Source: Mobula hypostoma
Taxonomy: Eukaryota
Length of the DNA: 64,000 nt
Reading direction: 5' to 3'
Assembly (NCBI RefSeq): GCF_963921235.1
Contig: NC_086107.1
Location: 97,218,001-97,282,000 of the forward strand
Made by a program: the position numbers and the translations under genes. Below, one piece after another: positions 26,046 to 38,687 of this stretch (position 1 is its first letter; the number at the start of each line of letters is the position of its first letter). The notes below the pieces were generated by a model. The model worked only from the letters and a program-made list of their open reading frames with translations, was not told the origin of the DNA and did not search any database.

Positions 26046-26552
26046 CAATATAATCGAGAACATGAGATGAAGAGTCCTTGAAAGTGAGTCCGTAGCCTGT
26101 GGGAACATTTCAGTGATGGGAAGTGAAGTTATCCCCTTTGGTTCAAGAGCCTGATGGTTGAAGGGTAATAACTGTTCCTGAACCTGGTGATGTGAGTACA
26201 GTCGATATTTCAGACCAGTCCTGCTGAAGAGCCCTCCGGTATTTTGAGGGTGCTGCCTTGGATTTCCAGCATCTTCAGATTTTCTCTTGTTCCTGTGGCT
26301 CCTGTGCCCTCTTCCTGATGGCAGCAGCGAGAAGACAGCATGACCTGGGAGGTGGGGGTCCCTGATCTTGGATGCCACTTTCATCAGCAGAGAGCAGGGT
26401 TGGCTACAGCTTCTCAAGGCTGCATTACTATTCCCAAGATCTTTGCCTCAGTTCCACCCTTTGCCTGTTCCCTGTATTCATTGACTCCCCACTGCTGGGA
26501 GATGAGTCCACACCCAAAGAGCTACAGACAATTCTAAGAACCATGGCCCATG

Positions 26553-27022
26553 GTGGATGAAGGGGTTAACCTATGAGGAGAGATTGAGTTGCCTGGGACT
26601 GTACTGTCTGGAATTCAGAAGAATGAGAGGGGACCTTATAGAAACATACAAAATTTTGAAAAGGATAGATAAGATAGAAGTAGGAAAGTTGTTTCCATTG
26701 GTGGGTAAGACTAGAACTAGGGGACATTGCCTCAAGATTCAGGGGAGAAGATTTAGGATGGAGATGAGGAGAAATTCTTTTCCCAGAGAGTGGTGAATCT
26801 GTGGAATTCTCTGCCCAGGAAAGCAGTTGAGGCTTCTTCACTAAATAAATTTAATTTACAGTTAGATAGATTTTTACATAGTAGGGGAATTAAGGGTTAT
26901 GGGGAAAAGGCAGGTAGATGGAGCTGAGTTTACGGACAGAACAGCCATGATGTTATTGAATGGCAGGGCAGGCTCGATGGGCCAGATGGCCTACTCCTGC
27001 TCCTATTTCTTATGTTCTTATG
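26553..27022 (+). mobile_element. 5'-truncated CR1
   Basis: KGLTYEERLSCLGLY.LEFRRMRGDLIETYKIL; (TTCTTATG)n tail. Confidence 0.92.
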
Positions 27023-28049
27023 AATAGTCCAGTCATAAGGCATCAATCACTGGTCCCAGAATGAGTGAACCATTTCAACCAACCTTGGTACAAAACTGGG
27101 AAAATTCAGATTGAGCGTCACTCAGTAAACAAATTATAATAGCGTTTGTTCCAGGGTGTCTTATTTTAAACCTTGGTGAACACTTAGGGTTCCAAAAGTT
27201 TAAAAAAAACATCAGATGCTGGAAATCGGAAATAATTGAAACTGCTGGAGATATTCAGATGGCTCAGCAGCACATGTACAGAGGGGAATGGTTACGGTTT
27301 GCTGGAATTTCTCATTTGCTTATCGGCGATCAGTGAGAGCGCTGTTGCATCTCTTCCCACTGTCTTTTACAGAACACCTTACACTATGTTGTGTAACGTG
27401 AGGTATTTCAGTGGAAACACAATGATTTAAAACCCTCCTGTTCCTTCCCGTGAGTAGATACATATGTCAGGGTGATGGCTGAGGGATGAATGCTAGCCTT
27501 TACACCCAGGACCACCCTCAACTCTTCTTCAGACCATGGGAACCTGCAAGTTTAACATGCTATCCGGCTAAGGCTCAGAACACTGTCAAGGAGTATGCCT
27601 AGGACAGGCTTCAAACACACAAAGCAAATCGTAGAACTAATGAATTGTACAGCACTGAAATATGACCTTTCGGCCCACCTTGTCAATGCTGACCGTGATG
27701 CCAATCCACATTAATCCCATTTATCTGCATTAGGCCCACATCCCTCCTTCGCTTTCCAAATGCCTTTTAATCATGGTAATTGTATCTGCCAGTCACTTCC
27801 TCTGGCAGCTCATTCAGAGGATACTCAGTGTGAAAATCTTTCCCCCTATGTTCCTTTCAACTTCTTTCCTCTCACGTTAAACCTGTGCCCTCTAGTTCTA
27901 GGCTCTGCTGCCCTTAGGAAAATGATTTTGAGTGTCTAATCCAGCTATGTCCATATTAGAGTGTCTAATCTATCAAGATTTTATTAACTTCTATAAGGCG
28001 TATTCATTCTTTTTATTCAAAGACACAGCACAGAACTGCCCTTTCGAGT

Positions 28050-29120
28050 TGTGCCACCCAATTTAATCCTAGCCTAAACACGGGACAATTTACAGTGACC
28101 AATTAACCTACTAATTGTCTTTGGACTGTGGGAGGAAACCGGAGCACCCGGAGGAAACCCACACATTCCACAGGGAAGACGTACAAACTGACGCAAGATG
28201 CAAGAAGGGGCGGAGTGAAGTTATGAAGGCGCTAAACAGCGACTTCTTTGCTTGCATCTTCGGAAACATCTCTGTTTTTATCTTTGATATCTCTTTTTGT
28301 CCTTTTCAGGGTTCTTTTGAAGACCCTGACCTGGAGTTACACTCTGACCTTGGTTCCTCGCGGGAATGGGACCCGCTCTCAGAGCCTCTTGACCGGCCGC
28401 TTTATGATGTCCCAAGGACGTGGCCTGGAAGACTAGCAGGCTTTCAGGGTGCTGGATTTTCGTGGCTCTGGGGACGGGCTGATTCTAGGCTGGTGCCCCT
28501 GACTGAAGCGTCATCAGAACATTGTAAGTGTGGGTTAGCTGCCGGGGTTTATGTGTTCAGAGATCTGCGCCTTTCTGGGGCTGACTGTCTGGGTGCAGAG
28601 CTCGGATAAAGCGATGCAACAGACTTTTAACATCATAAATCAGCGAGTTGTTTTGTTATGTCTCCCCTCTTGCTGTGAAATGGAGACATCTCCTTTTCCC
28701 TTATTAGGGAGAGAGAGAGCCTGTGGTATGCCGAATTTCCGGGAGGACGGTAGTCTTTAGGGTACTGCAAGTCTGTGTCTGTATCGATGCTTGCTGCACG
28801 CCTGACTACTCGGTGAAGGGCGCCCATGTTTTTTTGCTGGTGGGGGTGTGGGGGAGGTCGTTGCCTTGTGGCTGATTGTGCATGGGAGGGGGTGGGGGGG
28901 CTTCGGGGTTCTAACGTTCAACTGTCATTCTTTGGGGCACCCCTCTGTTTTCATGATGTTTGTGGAGAAAAAGAATTTTGGGATGTATATTGTATACATT
29001 TCTCTGACATTTTAAGTACCTATTGAAACTCCTTACAGAGGACGCTGGGATCGAACTCCAAACTCAGACGCCCTAAGCCATAATAGTGTTGCATTAAGCC
29101 GTTACATTACTGGGGCACCC
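28050..29120 (-). mobile_element. V-domain SINE split by an 835-bp insertion
   Basis: Halves 28050-28189 and 29026-29120 rejoin as ACGTACAAACTCCTTACAG. Confidence 0.75.
28190..29025 (+). mobile_element. Non-coding non-autonomous retroposon, apparently near full length
   Basis: Flanked by an AAACT duplication; three copies in the window; no credible ORF. Confidence 0.72.
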
Positions 29121-29249
29121 TAAATGTGAAGCATGCAGATTTAGTAAAATTTATTTTGGAATACAGACCTTTCTGGCCCAATTACACCCAAGTGACCAAC
29201 TAACCTACCAACATATACATCTTTGGAATGAGGTTACCCCGTAGCCTCC

Positions 29250-29632
29250 TTCATTCCGCTGAGAATAAACCCATCAATCTCTCCTCATAACTAAAGCCCA
29301 CACTCCAGGTGACATCCTGGCGAACCCCTTCAATTTGTTTCTTGCTCCCACATTGCTGCTGTAGTGTGGTGACTCTCACTGCCGGCCAATGTTTCATGTA
29401 GCTCCCAAATGAAGTCCCAGCTCCAGCACATAGCGCCTCAGCCCATGAACGCAAGCATACCAAATGCCTTCTTCGCTCCCCTACCCACTTGCGTTGCCAT
29501 TTTCAGTCCGGTGTGGACTTGAGCCCCGGCGTCAAAGTTGCTCAGGACGCTGCCATGTACTCCACACGCGCCATCTAAATCTGACTTCCCGAAGTGAATT
29601 ACCTCATACTCGGCTGGACTAAATTCCAGCGC
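29250..29632 (-). mobile_element. Old CR1 fragment; a related 3' piece lies at about 27630-28000
   Basis: EFSPAEYEVIHFGKS...KKAFGMLAFM. Confidence 0.7.
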
Positions 29633-29639
29633 TCTCCTG

Positions 29640-30319
29640 AGGCGGGAGCGGAGTAAACAGGGCGTCACTCTGCCTCTCGTGGACTAATGGACTCTTGAGC
29701 ATGCCTCCTCGTCACAGTGTGACCTCAAAAAACAACGGACGAGAATAAGACGCGGTTAAAGGACACAAAAACAATGAATTAAATTGAGCTTCTCTTTAAT
29801 GAAGTCAGGCTAAGCCGAGGAGTTAAACAGAAGCCCAGTTCAGAAGATAATGCACTGCGGACTTGTTTGGTTTTATTCCCCTTTGACTTCAAAGGGATGC
29901 AAGTAAATCTTCTTCCCGGCAGGTCGCTGAAGATACTAATGAGGTGTCTTTACAACAGGAGCTTAACTCCTGACAGAGACGTGGACGGCGCTTTTCTCCC
30001 TCGATACTAACTGCTCAATCAGAGGACTGTCGCCTTGTTGTTTGCGCTATGATCAGTGGCTCTTAAGCGGGAACTGAATTTCACATTAACTGTTGTTCAA
30101 TAGACCAGAGAGAAGGAGAGCGAGAGAACGAGAGAGAGTGTGTTTGTGTGAGAAAGAAGGAGAGACTGAGGTAAACAAGAGGCTCTCCTTCACCAGCAAA
30201 CTGCAGGAGTTCAACGTGAACGCTAAGTAGCCTCAATGCCCTGCTGAAGCTTTGGATTAACAGCTGAACACAGGTTTAATAAGCTCATGAATCGCTGCTT
30301 GGATTCATTTATGGTAAGT
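29640..30319 (+). promoter_or_regulatory. Candidate promoter and leader exon of the shisa gene
   Basis: Repeat-free, relatively CpG-rich unique sequence with a GA-rich leader-like tract, ending in a consensus donor ATG|GTAAGT at 30313/30314. Confidence 0.4.
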
Positions 30320-30497
30320 TTCGATTAACCTTAAAGATCATAATCTTTGGAGAAATGGTTTAAACTGTGGGTTGTGGAGAATCAGAGTCAGTCTTGTGGC
30401 TACTATCTGATGTGAAGATACTTCATTTGATTTACTTCCTTGAGCTGTCCGAAGCACAGAATATTAGACTGTAGAGGAGCTGTAACTACTTTCTATT

Positions 30498-31016
30498 GCT
30501 GTCTCTCTCCCCCCCCCTTTCTATCTGTCAGCCTGACTGTCCTCTCTCCCTCACTTTCTCTCTCTATCCACCTGTCTGTCTCTCTCCCTCTCTCCTCTGT
30601 CTTTCTCCCTATCTGTCTCTCTCTTGCTTTTTTCTCTGTCCCTCCCTGCCTTTCTGTTTCTATCTCTCCTTCTCTCCCTCTCTGTCTGCCTGTTTATCTT
30701 TCTCCCGCTCTCCTCTCTCTCTGTCCCTCTCTGTATCTGTCTCTCTCTCTCTGTGCTTCCATCTCTGTCTGTTTCTGTCTCTCCCTCTCTCCCTCCCTCT
30801 CTGTCTGCCTGTTTGTCTCCCTCTCTCCCTCTGTCCCTCTCTCCCCCCTCCCTCCCTCTCTGTCTGTCTCTCTACCTCTCTCCTCTTTCTCTCTTTGTCC
30901 CTCCCCATGTCTGTCTGTCTCTGTCCTTCCCTGTCTCTGTCTGTCTCTCCTTTATCTCACTCCTTCTGTCCCTCTCTGTCTCCTTGTCTCTCTCCCCCTC
31001 TCGCTCCTCTCTCCAA
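30498..31016. repeat. About 520-bp CT/CTGT low-complexity polypyrimidine tract
   Basis: Almost purely C/T with scattered G; the S/L-rich ORFs over it are artefacts. Confidence 0.95.
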
Positions 31017-32481
31017 CTTGAAAGAGATGGTGGCAGATAGACTGGGTGGTGGGATGGAAGTCAGGAGAAAGACAGAAAGCGCCAGTGTCGGGAGAAGTAG
31101 AAACGGCGGGGCAGAGAGTCTGTGGAGACAGTGAATGGAGGAGGGTGAAGGAAGAGTAAAAGCTAGAGAGGAACCAATAGCCAACGGGTGGCAATGAGAG
31201 AGAACAGACTGTGACTGGGGTAAGTGGGAACACAGAGCCAGAGTTAATCTATGGCAGATGACCGAAAGAAAGTATGGCATCAAACCATCTCTGTGAGGAG
31301 CAATTCTGACATACAACTCTCCAGGTTGAGAGGAGAGGACAGGCTCTGAGTCACCACTGAATCATCGAATCAGCTTAGAAGGTCACCATTCAACCCAGCG
31401 TGACTGTGCTAGCTCTTAGACTATCTCTGAAAATCCCAGTGCCCTTGCGCTGCTGGGGACGGCAAGCTTCGCCCCTTGGCTACTTGAGCAGGACCCTTCT
31501 GCATGTTGCTTTCGCACCGGCTCCCAGCATTTCTGCAGACAGCGCATTGCAGATCACAACTCGGCACGCAAAAGGACACTTTGCCGCCCAGCCTTTGGTT
31601 CAGTTTGCCTTAGAGGGGCAAGGAAAGAAAAGTTTGAATGCCAGCAGCTGTGCGTTGTGGTCAGCCCGACGATCGGGCATTTCAACCCCATCCCCTAATA
31701 ACTGGCCAGGACGAGTCGTGTTAAACTGTGATTTGATGTGAAGGTGGGGAGCCTTGAGCTCATATTGAGTACAGATTGTTCCCTCGAGGCTGACGAGGAG
31801 ATTCCAGACTGAAGTGTTGACTGTGGTTAATTAAAACAATTCAAAAAGATCCTAAAATATTTACATCAACCCTGAATACTCCTGGATCCTTTAATAGGGC
31901 TCGAACCCCCTCCACTCACTGTCATTTCTCCCATTTCTCTCCCCAGCTAGAGGTTATATTAACCCTTCCCCTTCCCCCTTATCTGGTGACCTGAGGGCAA
32001 TGGGCAAGTGCAGAGCAGGGTAGTGTGTTACCCATTGCTGCTTGTACACATCCCTGGGGAGCTCATCATATAACCTCCCTCACCTCAAACTGCAAAATTT
32101 GTGCTTCTGATATTTTTACAATTAGCAGGAAAAGAAATTTTTGTTTTGGACTGATCTGGTTAATTTCCTTCCATACATCCATCGTGAGCAATGCCTTAGA
32201 GCTGAAGCTCCAACTCGGAGACGCTTTGAGCCACTGGGAGGACCGGGGACCTGACAGTGAGGTAGGAGGGATCTACTGGGACCAGTCTGCTGCCCCTGCT
32301 CCTGTTCCCCACCGTCTGCCTTTCCTTTTGTATAAAGGGGTTTCCAGTAACCACAGCAGTGCCCCCTTAGGGTAGGGTGAAGGATTTCATCCAGAGTTCC
32401 AGACCCCTGCCCACTTCATTCCAGGCGTCCGGATCCTCTAGGACAGTCCTGCAGTCTCCCAGAGGAAGGATAAATTAAGGT

Positions 32482-33425
32482 AGATGGGTGAGCTAGTTAG
32501 ATTGCAGATGATACCAAGATTGGTGGAGTTGTGGATAGTGTAAAAGACTGATAAAGAATACAGCACAATATAAATCGGTTTCAGATATGGGCAGAGAAAT
32601 GGCAGATGGAGTTTACCCCAAATAAATGTGAGGTGTTGTATCTTGGTAAGGTAAATATAAGGAGGCAGTACACTGTTAAGGTCAAGATCCTTAACAGTGT
32701 TGTTGAGCAGAGAGAACTTGGGATCCAAGTTCACACTTCTTTGAAAGTGGTTGCACAGGTCAATAAGGTGGTTAAGAAGGCTTATGGAATGCTTGTGTTT
32801 ATTAATTGAGGCATTGAGTTCAAAAGTCAAGAGGTTATGTTGCAACTTAATAAAACTCCAGTTTGGTCACATCTGGAGTATTGCCTACGGTTCTGGTCAC
32901 CCCACTGTAGGAAGGATGTTGAGGCTTTGGAGAGGATGCAGAAGAGGTTTACCAGGGTGTTGTTTGGTTTAGAGGGTATTAACTATCGTGAGAGGCTGGA
33001 TAAACTTAGGTTGTTTTCTCTGGAGTGTCGGAAGCTGAGGGGAGATCTGATAGAACTTTGCAAGATTATGAGAGGCATAGATAGAGTGGACAGGGAGTAT
33101 CGGTTTCTCAGGGTGAAGTGTCTAATATCAGAGGGCACGCATTTGGAGGTGAGGGGGGTAGGTTCAAAGGGGGATGTGAAAGGTGAGTTTTTGACTCAGA
33201 GAGTGGTGGATGCCTGGAATGTACTGCCTGGTCTGGTGGTAGAGGCAAGTACATTAGAGGATTTTAAGAGTCATTTGGACAGGCACATGGATGTGAGGAA
33301 GATGGTGGGTTATGGACATGGTGTAGGTAGGAGGGATTAGTGTTTGGTGCTTTTGATTTACTTTTTAGCACAACATTGTGGACTGAATGGCCCATTCCTG
33401 TGCTGTACTTTTCAATGTTTTAATT
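32482..33425 (+). mobile_element. CR1 LINE 3' fragment
   Basis: ADDTKIGG, MEFTPNKCEV, HLEYCLRFWSPH...TQRVVDAWN. Confidence 0.92.
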
Positions 33426-34654
33426 TCCAGAGACTGAGTTCAAGATGTAACAAGATTGATAAAAACATGATTGGGAAGAGCACAAGGAAACTGTATTTCC
33501 TTTTCAGTTCAATTTCTTTGAATGCTTTCATCAATTACTAACAAGAACACTGAAGTGGCGGGGTTGGGAGGAGGAGAGGAAAACAGAGCTGTTTGACAAT
33601 GTGAGGCAGTCAGAGGTAAGGGACCACATGAGATGGGAACCTGAAGGACTCATTCAGTCAGAGCTGATGGTCCTGTGCGCTGGTGATGTGGGAAGTTCTG
33701 TTGATTGTCCCAGTGCCAAGGAGCAAACCCCTCCAATAAATGCACACCTGCTGCAAACTGGAGGAATCGGGTCCTACCCCGATGGACACAACAAGCAAAC
33801 AGAGATATGGCTTTGCACCATAAAGCAGTCCAGTCCATTGTCTCCATGGTAACGCCATCTTGCTGTGCCCCATCTCTCTCACACTAACCCTTACTTTCCA
33901 AGGAGCGCCCAGCATTGTTGTTCTTGCTGTCAGAACAAAGCAACAGGTGGTGACCATTTTGAGTCTAGAGATTAGAAACATGGAATTGTTAAGGCATAGA
34001 GGAGGCCATTCAGCCAGTTGAGCCGCTGTTGTACCCCACTATTCCTGCTCTTTTGCTCACTGCCTTGCGAGCTATTCTCTCTCCAGTCAAGCTCCCTTTC
34101 AAAGATCCCGATTGATCCCGTTTCCAACATCCCAGCAGCAGCAAATTCTCACCCTCTGCAAAAGCACAATTTCTCGTTCCCACTGAGCGAAAATTTTAAT
34201 TCCGAGTTCCAGACCTTGAGTGCTAGCAAGCTAAGAATGGTTCGACATGACAATCAGCCTGCCAGTTCAAAAGCCAAGAATGCCCGGAATTACTCGGTAT
34301 GTCAGGATAATGTTCCAGATCCGAGACTTTTCAGAGGCCAGTCTGTTTCTTATTGGAGTGAAAGGAAGGAAATGCTGGAAACCAGGCAATCCAATTGGAA
34401 TCAGTCTGTGGGATCTGGAAAAGGATTATTTGCTGATGTTAATGATGGTTCTCTCTGGCCCTTCCTAAGTTTCTGTTGTTTTTGATGGAACCAAGCTTTG
34501 AGAGCAGGGTATAGCCACTGTACATGGTGTGCTAAGTGCTAGCATTGAAGAGGGAATGTAGACCTCACCCCCGCCCCTCCCCGGAGAGTTGCTGAGGAGA
34601 ATAGGGACGTCTCGTTGGGGTCGCTGCACAAGGGTGCAGGGTGACACAGCTAAT

Positions 34655-34920
34655 GAGCATCACACACTGTGTGAATGGAGTTTACATTTCCCCTGGTGCT
34701 TTGGTTTCCTCCCATGTTCCAAAGACGTGCAGATTGGTAGGTTAATTGGCATGGCAAATTTCCCTTAAGTGTGTAGTAGGATCTATCTGGGATGAATTGA
34801 TGGGTATGAAAGGAGAATGAAATGGACTCAGTGTCGGATTAGTGCAGATAGATACTTGATGGCTGGCATGGATTCAATGGGCCGAAGGGCCTCTTTCATG
34901 CTGTATGACTCCATGACAAT
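34655..34920 (+). mobile_element. V-domain SINE with CR1-type tail
   Basis: V core plus GGGCCGAAGGGCCT...CTGTATGACTCCATGAC. Confidence 0.75.
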
Positions 34921-35340
34921 GAAGAAAGGAATATAGTGATATGGGAAATGGATAGGTAGATGGGCTGAATAGCCTGTTTCTGTATATCCTATGCAATTCC
35001 ACATAATTTATCATGCAATAAAAATCATTCATGGTTCCCCTTGGGGAGCTCTGTCTTTCTCCTCACAAAAAACCTTTCCCCAGATGTGTGTGTGAACCAC
35101 CAATGGGGAATATAACAGATGGTTGCTTCTAAAGCCTCATGCGGCTGATGAGGAGGGGGGGAAGAGGTAAGTGGGTCCACGTGAAACTAAAAATGGTACA
35201 ACGAGAGCAGCTTTCTACCAGACAGCGGATCAAATGCCCGGAAACAATCCCAGGCCAAAAGCTGAGTGGTGTTTGCTGTGATTAATCCTGAGATAATGGC
35301 TGTCTGCTTGTTGGAGATGGCAGTAATATTTTATGGGCCT

Positions 35341-35362
35341 CTGTCTGTTCTGATTCTTCCAG
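35341..35362 (+). promoter_or_regulatory. Candidate splice acceptor for the shisa exon (exon would be 35363-36166 with 256 nt of 5'UTR)
   Basis: CTGTCTGTTCTGATTCTTCCAG|G: pyrimidine tract plus CAG. Confidence 0.55.
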
Positions 35363-35618
35363 GGTTCAGCCAATGATGTGAGCTACCGTCTCTGCCTCCA
35401 GCACATTGAAACAGCAGGTCGAGAGCTCTGGCAGTGCTTCAAAGCTTCTCATACACGCAAAGAGAGAAGGGCTTCCGGGAAGCTGTCCTGAGGAGGGGAC
35501 TATTTCTCAGAGCAGTACACAGCTGCCTTTGCTTTGCTACAGCTCACAGACCTGCCCTTGACCAGCGGAAGCCAGCGTCCCTGACCATCGGACGCCGCCG
35601 CCAACCTCCAAGCTCTGG

Positions 35619-36166
35619 ATGAAAGCCTCCATGGAGCCGCGCTTCATGGTTGGACCGTGGGGTTACCTTCTGGTAGGACAGGCGCTGATGTGGGCCAGTA
35701 CACACAGCGGGAAGGTGGGACAGTTGGAAGGACTTGCCGCTCACCCCGAGAACAGCACCAAGGTCTCTCCCTTGGACCAAGTGCTGGAGTCCACGGAGGT
35801 GCCCCAGAACTCAGACAGGTGTCGGGGCTACTACGATGTGATGGGGCAGTGGGACCCCCCATTCAATTGCAACGCGGGTACCTACCTTTACTGCTGCGGG
35901 ACGTGTGGCTACCGGTTCTGTTGTGAGTTTAAGCATGACCGCCTGGACCAGAGCACCTGTAGTAACTATGACACGCCGAACTGGGCCAACACGGGGAAGC
36001 CCCCCGTCAAGGTGGATGACAACATCGAAGACCCAGCAAAGGACAAAACAAATATGATTGTTTACATCATCTGTGGTGTCGTGGCTATCATGGTGCTGGT
36101 GGGGATCTTCACCAAGCTCGGCCTAGAGAAGGCCAGGGGCCCACAAACCGAGATGAACATGTCCAG
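35619..36166 (+). CDS. shisa8: First coding exon of a Shisa8/Shisa9-subfamily (CKAMP) single-pass membrane protein; partial CDS
   Basis: Signal-peptide-like N-terminus, then an 8-Cys domain DRCRGYYDVMGQWDPPFNC...CCGTCGYRFCC...LDQSTCSNYDTP and a TM helix MIVYIICGVVAIMVLVGIFTKLGL. The frame ends at MSR with a phase-2 donor AG|GTAGGA at 36166/36167, so the TAG in the ORF track is intronic. YYDVM, GYRFCC and LDQS..SNY favour Shisa8 from recall; the juxtamembrane part is Shisa9-like, so the paralog call is less certain than the family. Confidence 0.9.
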
Positions 36167-36254
36167 GTAGGAGCTCAGGACTGCCTTCTGAGCCCGGTGG
36201 GTCGGGTATGTAAATGTGCTGCTTGTCTGTCTCATGTATTGTTGCATCCAGGGC

Positions 36255-36560
36255 CTAGCTTAGTGGTTAGTGTAACACAGCAGCACCAGCTGCAAGATTA
36301 GGGTTCAACTCCCACTTTTGTCTGTAGGGAATTTGTAGTTCCTCCGCGTGACTGTACGGGCTTTCCTCCGGGTACTCTGGTTTTCTCCCAATTTTCAAAA
36401 ATGTACGGTTGGGGTAGTAATTTGAGGGAATGCTATGTTGGCGACACTTGTGGGCTGCCCCCAGCTCATCCTTGGACGACGTTGCTGGTTAATAAAACGA
36501 CCTGTTTCGCCGGATGTTTGCATGTACATGTAACAAATAAAGCGATTCTTTAAAAATCTT
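36255..36560 (+). mobile_element. V-domain SINE with Rex1-like tail
   Basis: B box GGTTCAACTCC, V core, tail CATGTACATGTAACAAATAAAG. Confidence 0.75.
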
Positions 36561-36642
36561 TATCTTCAGTGAAGAGGAATCAACTGGGTCGGGCCTACAG
36601 GCCATTGGTTCTGATTCCATCTCCTTCCAGCATTGGTGGGAA

Positions 36643-36900
36643 CAGGCACAGTAGCATAATGGTTAGCACAGCGATTTATGGTTCACTTCCTACCGTCACC
36701 TGTGGGGAGTTTGTACGTTGTCCCTGTAACCGCTTGGATTTCCTCCAGGTGCTCTGGTTTCCTCCCCAAGTTCAAAGGCATATGGATGGTAGATTAATTG
36801 GTCATTGTACATTGTCCTGTGATTAGGCTAACGTTAAATCTGTGAGATTGCTGGGCAGCACGGCTCAAAGAGCTGAAAAGGCCAACTCTGTGCTATATCT
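36643..36900 (+). mobile_element. V-domain SINE
   Basis: GGCACAGTAGCATAATGGTTAGCAC head and V core. Confidence 0.78.
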
Positions 36901-38687
36901 CAGGTGGAGACGAGAGGGCGTACAGGAGAGAGATACTCCAATTAGTGGAGTGGTGTCACAGCAACAACCTGGCACTGTAAGAGGAAACATCAGTAAGAGG
37001 AAAGAGAGCTGATTGTGGACTTCAGGAAGGGTAAGATGAAGGAACACAGGCTTCAAGTTCCTGGGTGTCAAGATCTCTGAGGATCTAACCTGGTCCCAAC
37101 ATATCGATGCAGTTATAAAGAAGGCAAGACAGCGGCTATATTTCAGTAGGAGTTTGAAGAGATTTGGCATGTCAACAACTACACTCAAAAACTTCTATAG
37201 ATGTACCATGGAGAGCATTCTGACAGGCTGTGTCACTGTCTGATATGGAGGGGCTACTGTACAGGACGAAAGAAGCTGCAGAGGGTTGTAAATTTAGTCA
37301 GCTCCATCTTGGTACTAGCCTACAAAGTACCCAGGACATCTTTATGGAGCAGTGTCTCAGAAAGGCAGCATCCATTATTAAGGACCTCCAGCACCCAGGG
37401 CATGTCCTTTTCTCACTGTTATATAGAACATAGAATAGTACAGCACATTACAGGCCCTTCGGCCCACAATGTCGTGCTGACCCTCAAACCCTGCCTCCCA
37501 TATAACCCCAACAATAAATTCCTCCATATACCTGTCTAGTAGTCTCTTAAACTTCACGAGTGTATCTGCCTCCACCACTGACTCAGGCAGTGCATTCCAC
37601 GCACCAACCATTCTCTGAGTAATGAACCTTCCTCTAATATTCCCCCTGAACTTCCCACCCCTTACCTTAAAGCCATATCCTCTTGTTCTAAGCAGTGGTG
37701 CCCTGGGGAAGAGGCGCTGGCTATCCACTCTATCTATTCCTCTTATTATCTTGTACACCTCTATCATGTCTCCTCTCATCCTCCTTCTCTCCAAAGAGTA
37801 AAGCCCTAGCTCCCTTAATCTCTGATCATAATGCATACTCTCTAAACCAGGCAGCATCCTGGTAAATCTCCTCTGTACCCTTTCCAATGCTTCCACATCC
37901 TTCCTATAGTGAGGTGACCAGAACTGGACACAGTACTCCAAGTGTAGCCTAACCAGAGTTTTATAGAGCTGCATCATTATATCGCAACTCTTAAACTCTA
38001 TCCCTCGACTTATGAAAGCTAACACCCCATAAGCTTTCTTAACTACCCTATCTACCTGTGAGGCAACTTTCAGGGATCTGTTGACATGTACCCCCAGATC
38101 CCTCTGCTCCTCCACACTACCAAGTATCCTGCCATTTACTTTGTACTCTGCCTTGGAGTTTGTCCTTCCAAAGTGTACCACCTCACACTTCTCTGGGTTG
38201 AACTCCATATGCCACTGCTCAGCCCACTTCTGCATCTTATCAATGTCTCTCTGCAATCTTTGACAATCCTCTACACTATCTACAACACCACCAACCTTTG
38301 TGTCATCTGCAAACTTGCCAACCCACCCTTCTACCCCCACATCCAGGTTGTTAATATCAGGTAGGAGGTACAGAAGCCTAAAGGCACACACTCAGCGATT
38401 CAGGAACAGCTTCTTTCCCTCTGCCATCCGATTCTTAAATGGACATTGAACCCTTGGACACTACCTCACTTTTTTAATATACTGTACAGTATATCTGATT
38501 TTTGCACTTTTTAAAATCTAATCAACATACATATAATGTAATTGATTTACTTATTATTATTACTATTTTCATTCTATTTATTATTTTTTTTCTCTTCTAT
38601 ATTATGTATTGCATTGAACTGCAGCTACTAAGTTAACAAATTTCACGTCACATGCCGGTGATAATAAACCTGATTCCGATTCTGATA
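36901..38687 (+). mobile_element. Rex1/Babar LINE 3' part interrupted by an antisense CR1
   Basis: FKFLGVKISEDLTWSQHI, FYRCTMESILTG; resumes at about 38357 with SGRRYRSLKAHT. Confidence 0.85.
37422..38356 (-). mobile_element. Young 5'-truncated CR1; RT C-terminal frame open
   Basis: INNLDVGVEGWVGKFADDTKVGG through to the CR1 C-terminus without stops; (TTCTATG)n tail. Confidence 0.95.

Noticed and set aside
30440..31316. Several 80-212 aa ORFs rich in S/L/C or R/E
   Set aside because: Translation of the CT low-complexity tract
31522..31547. RE1/NRSE-like half sites (CAGCA…GACAGCGC)
   Set aside because: Too many mismatches and non-canonical spacing
36168..36170. Stop codon implying a 183-aa truncated Shisa
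   Set aside because: The TAG overlaps the GT donor at the expected exon boundary, so it is intronic
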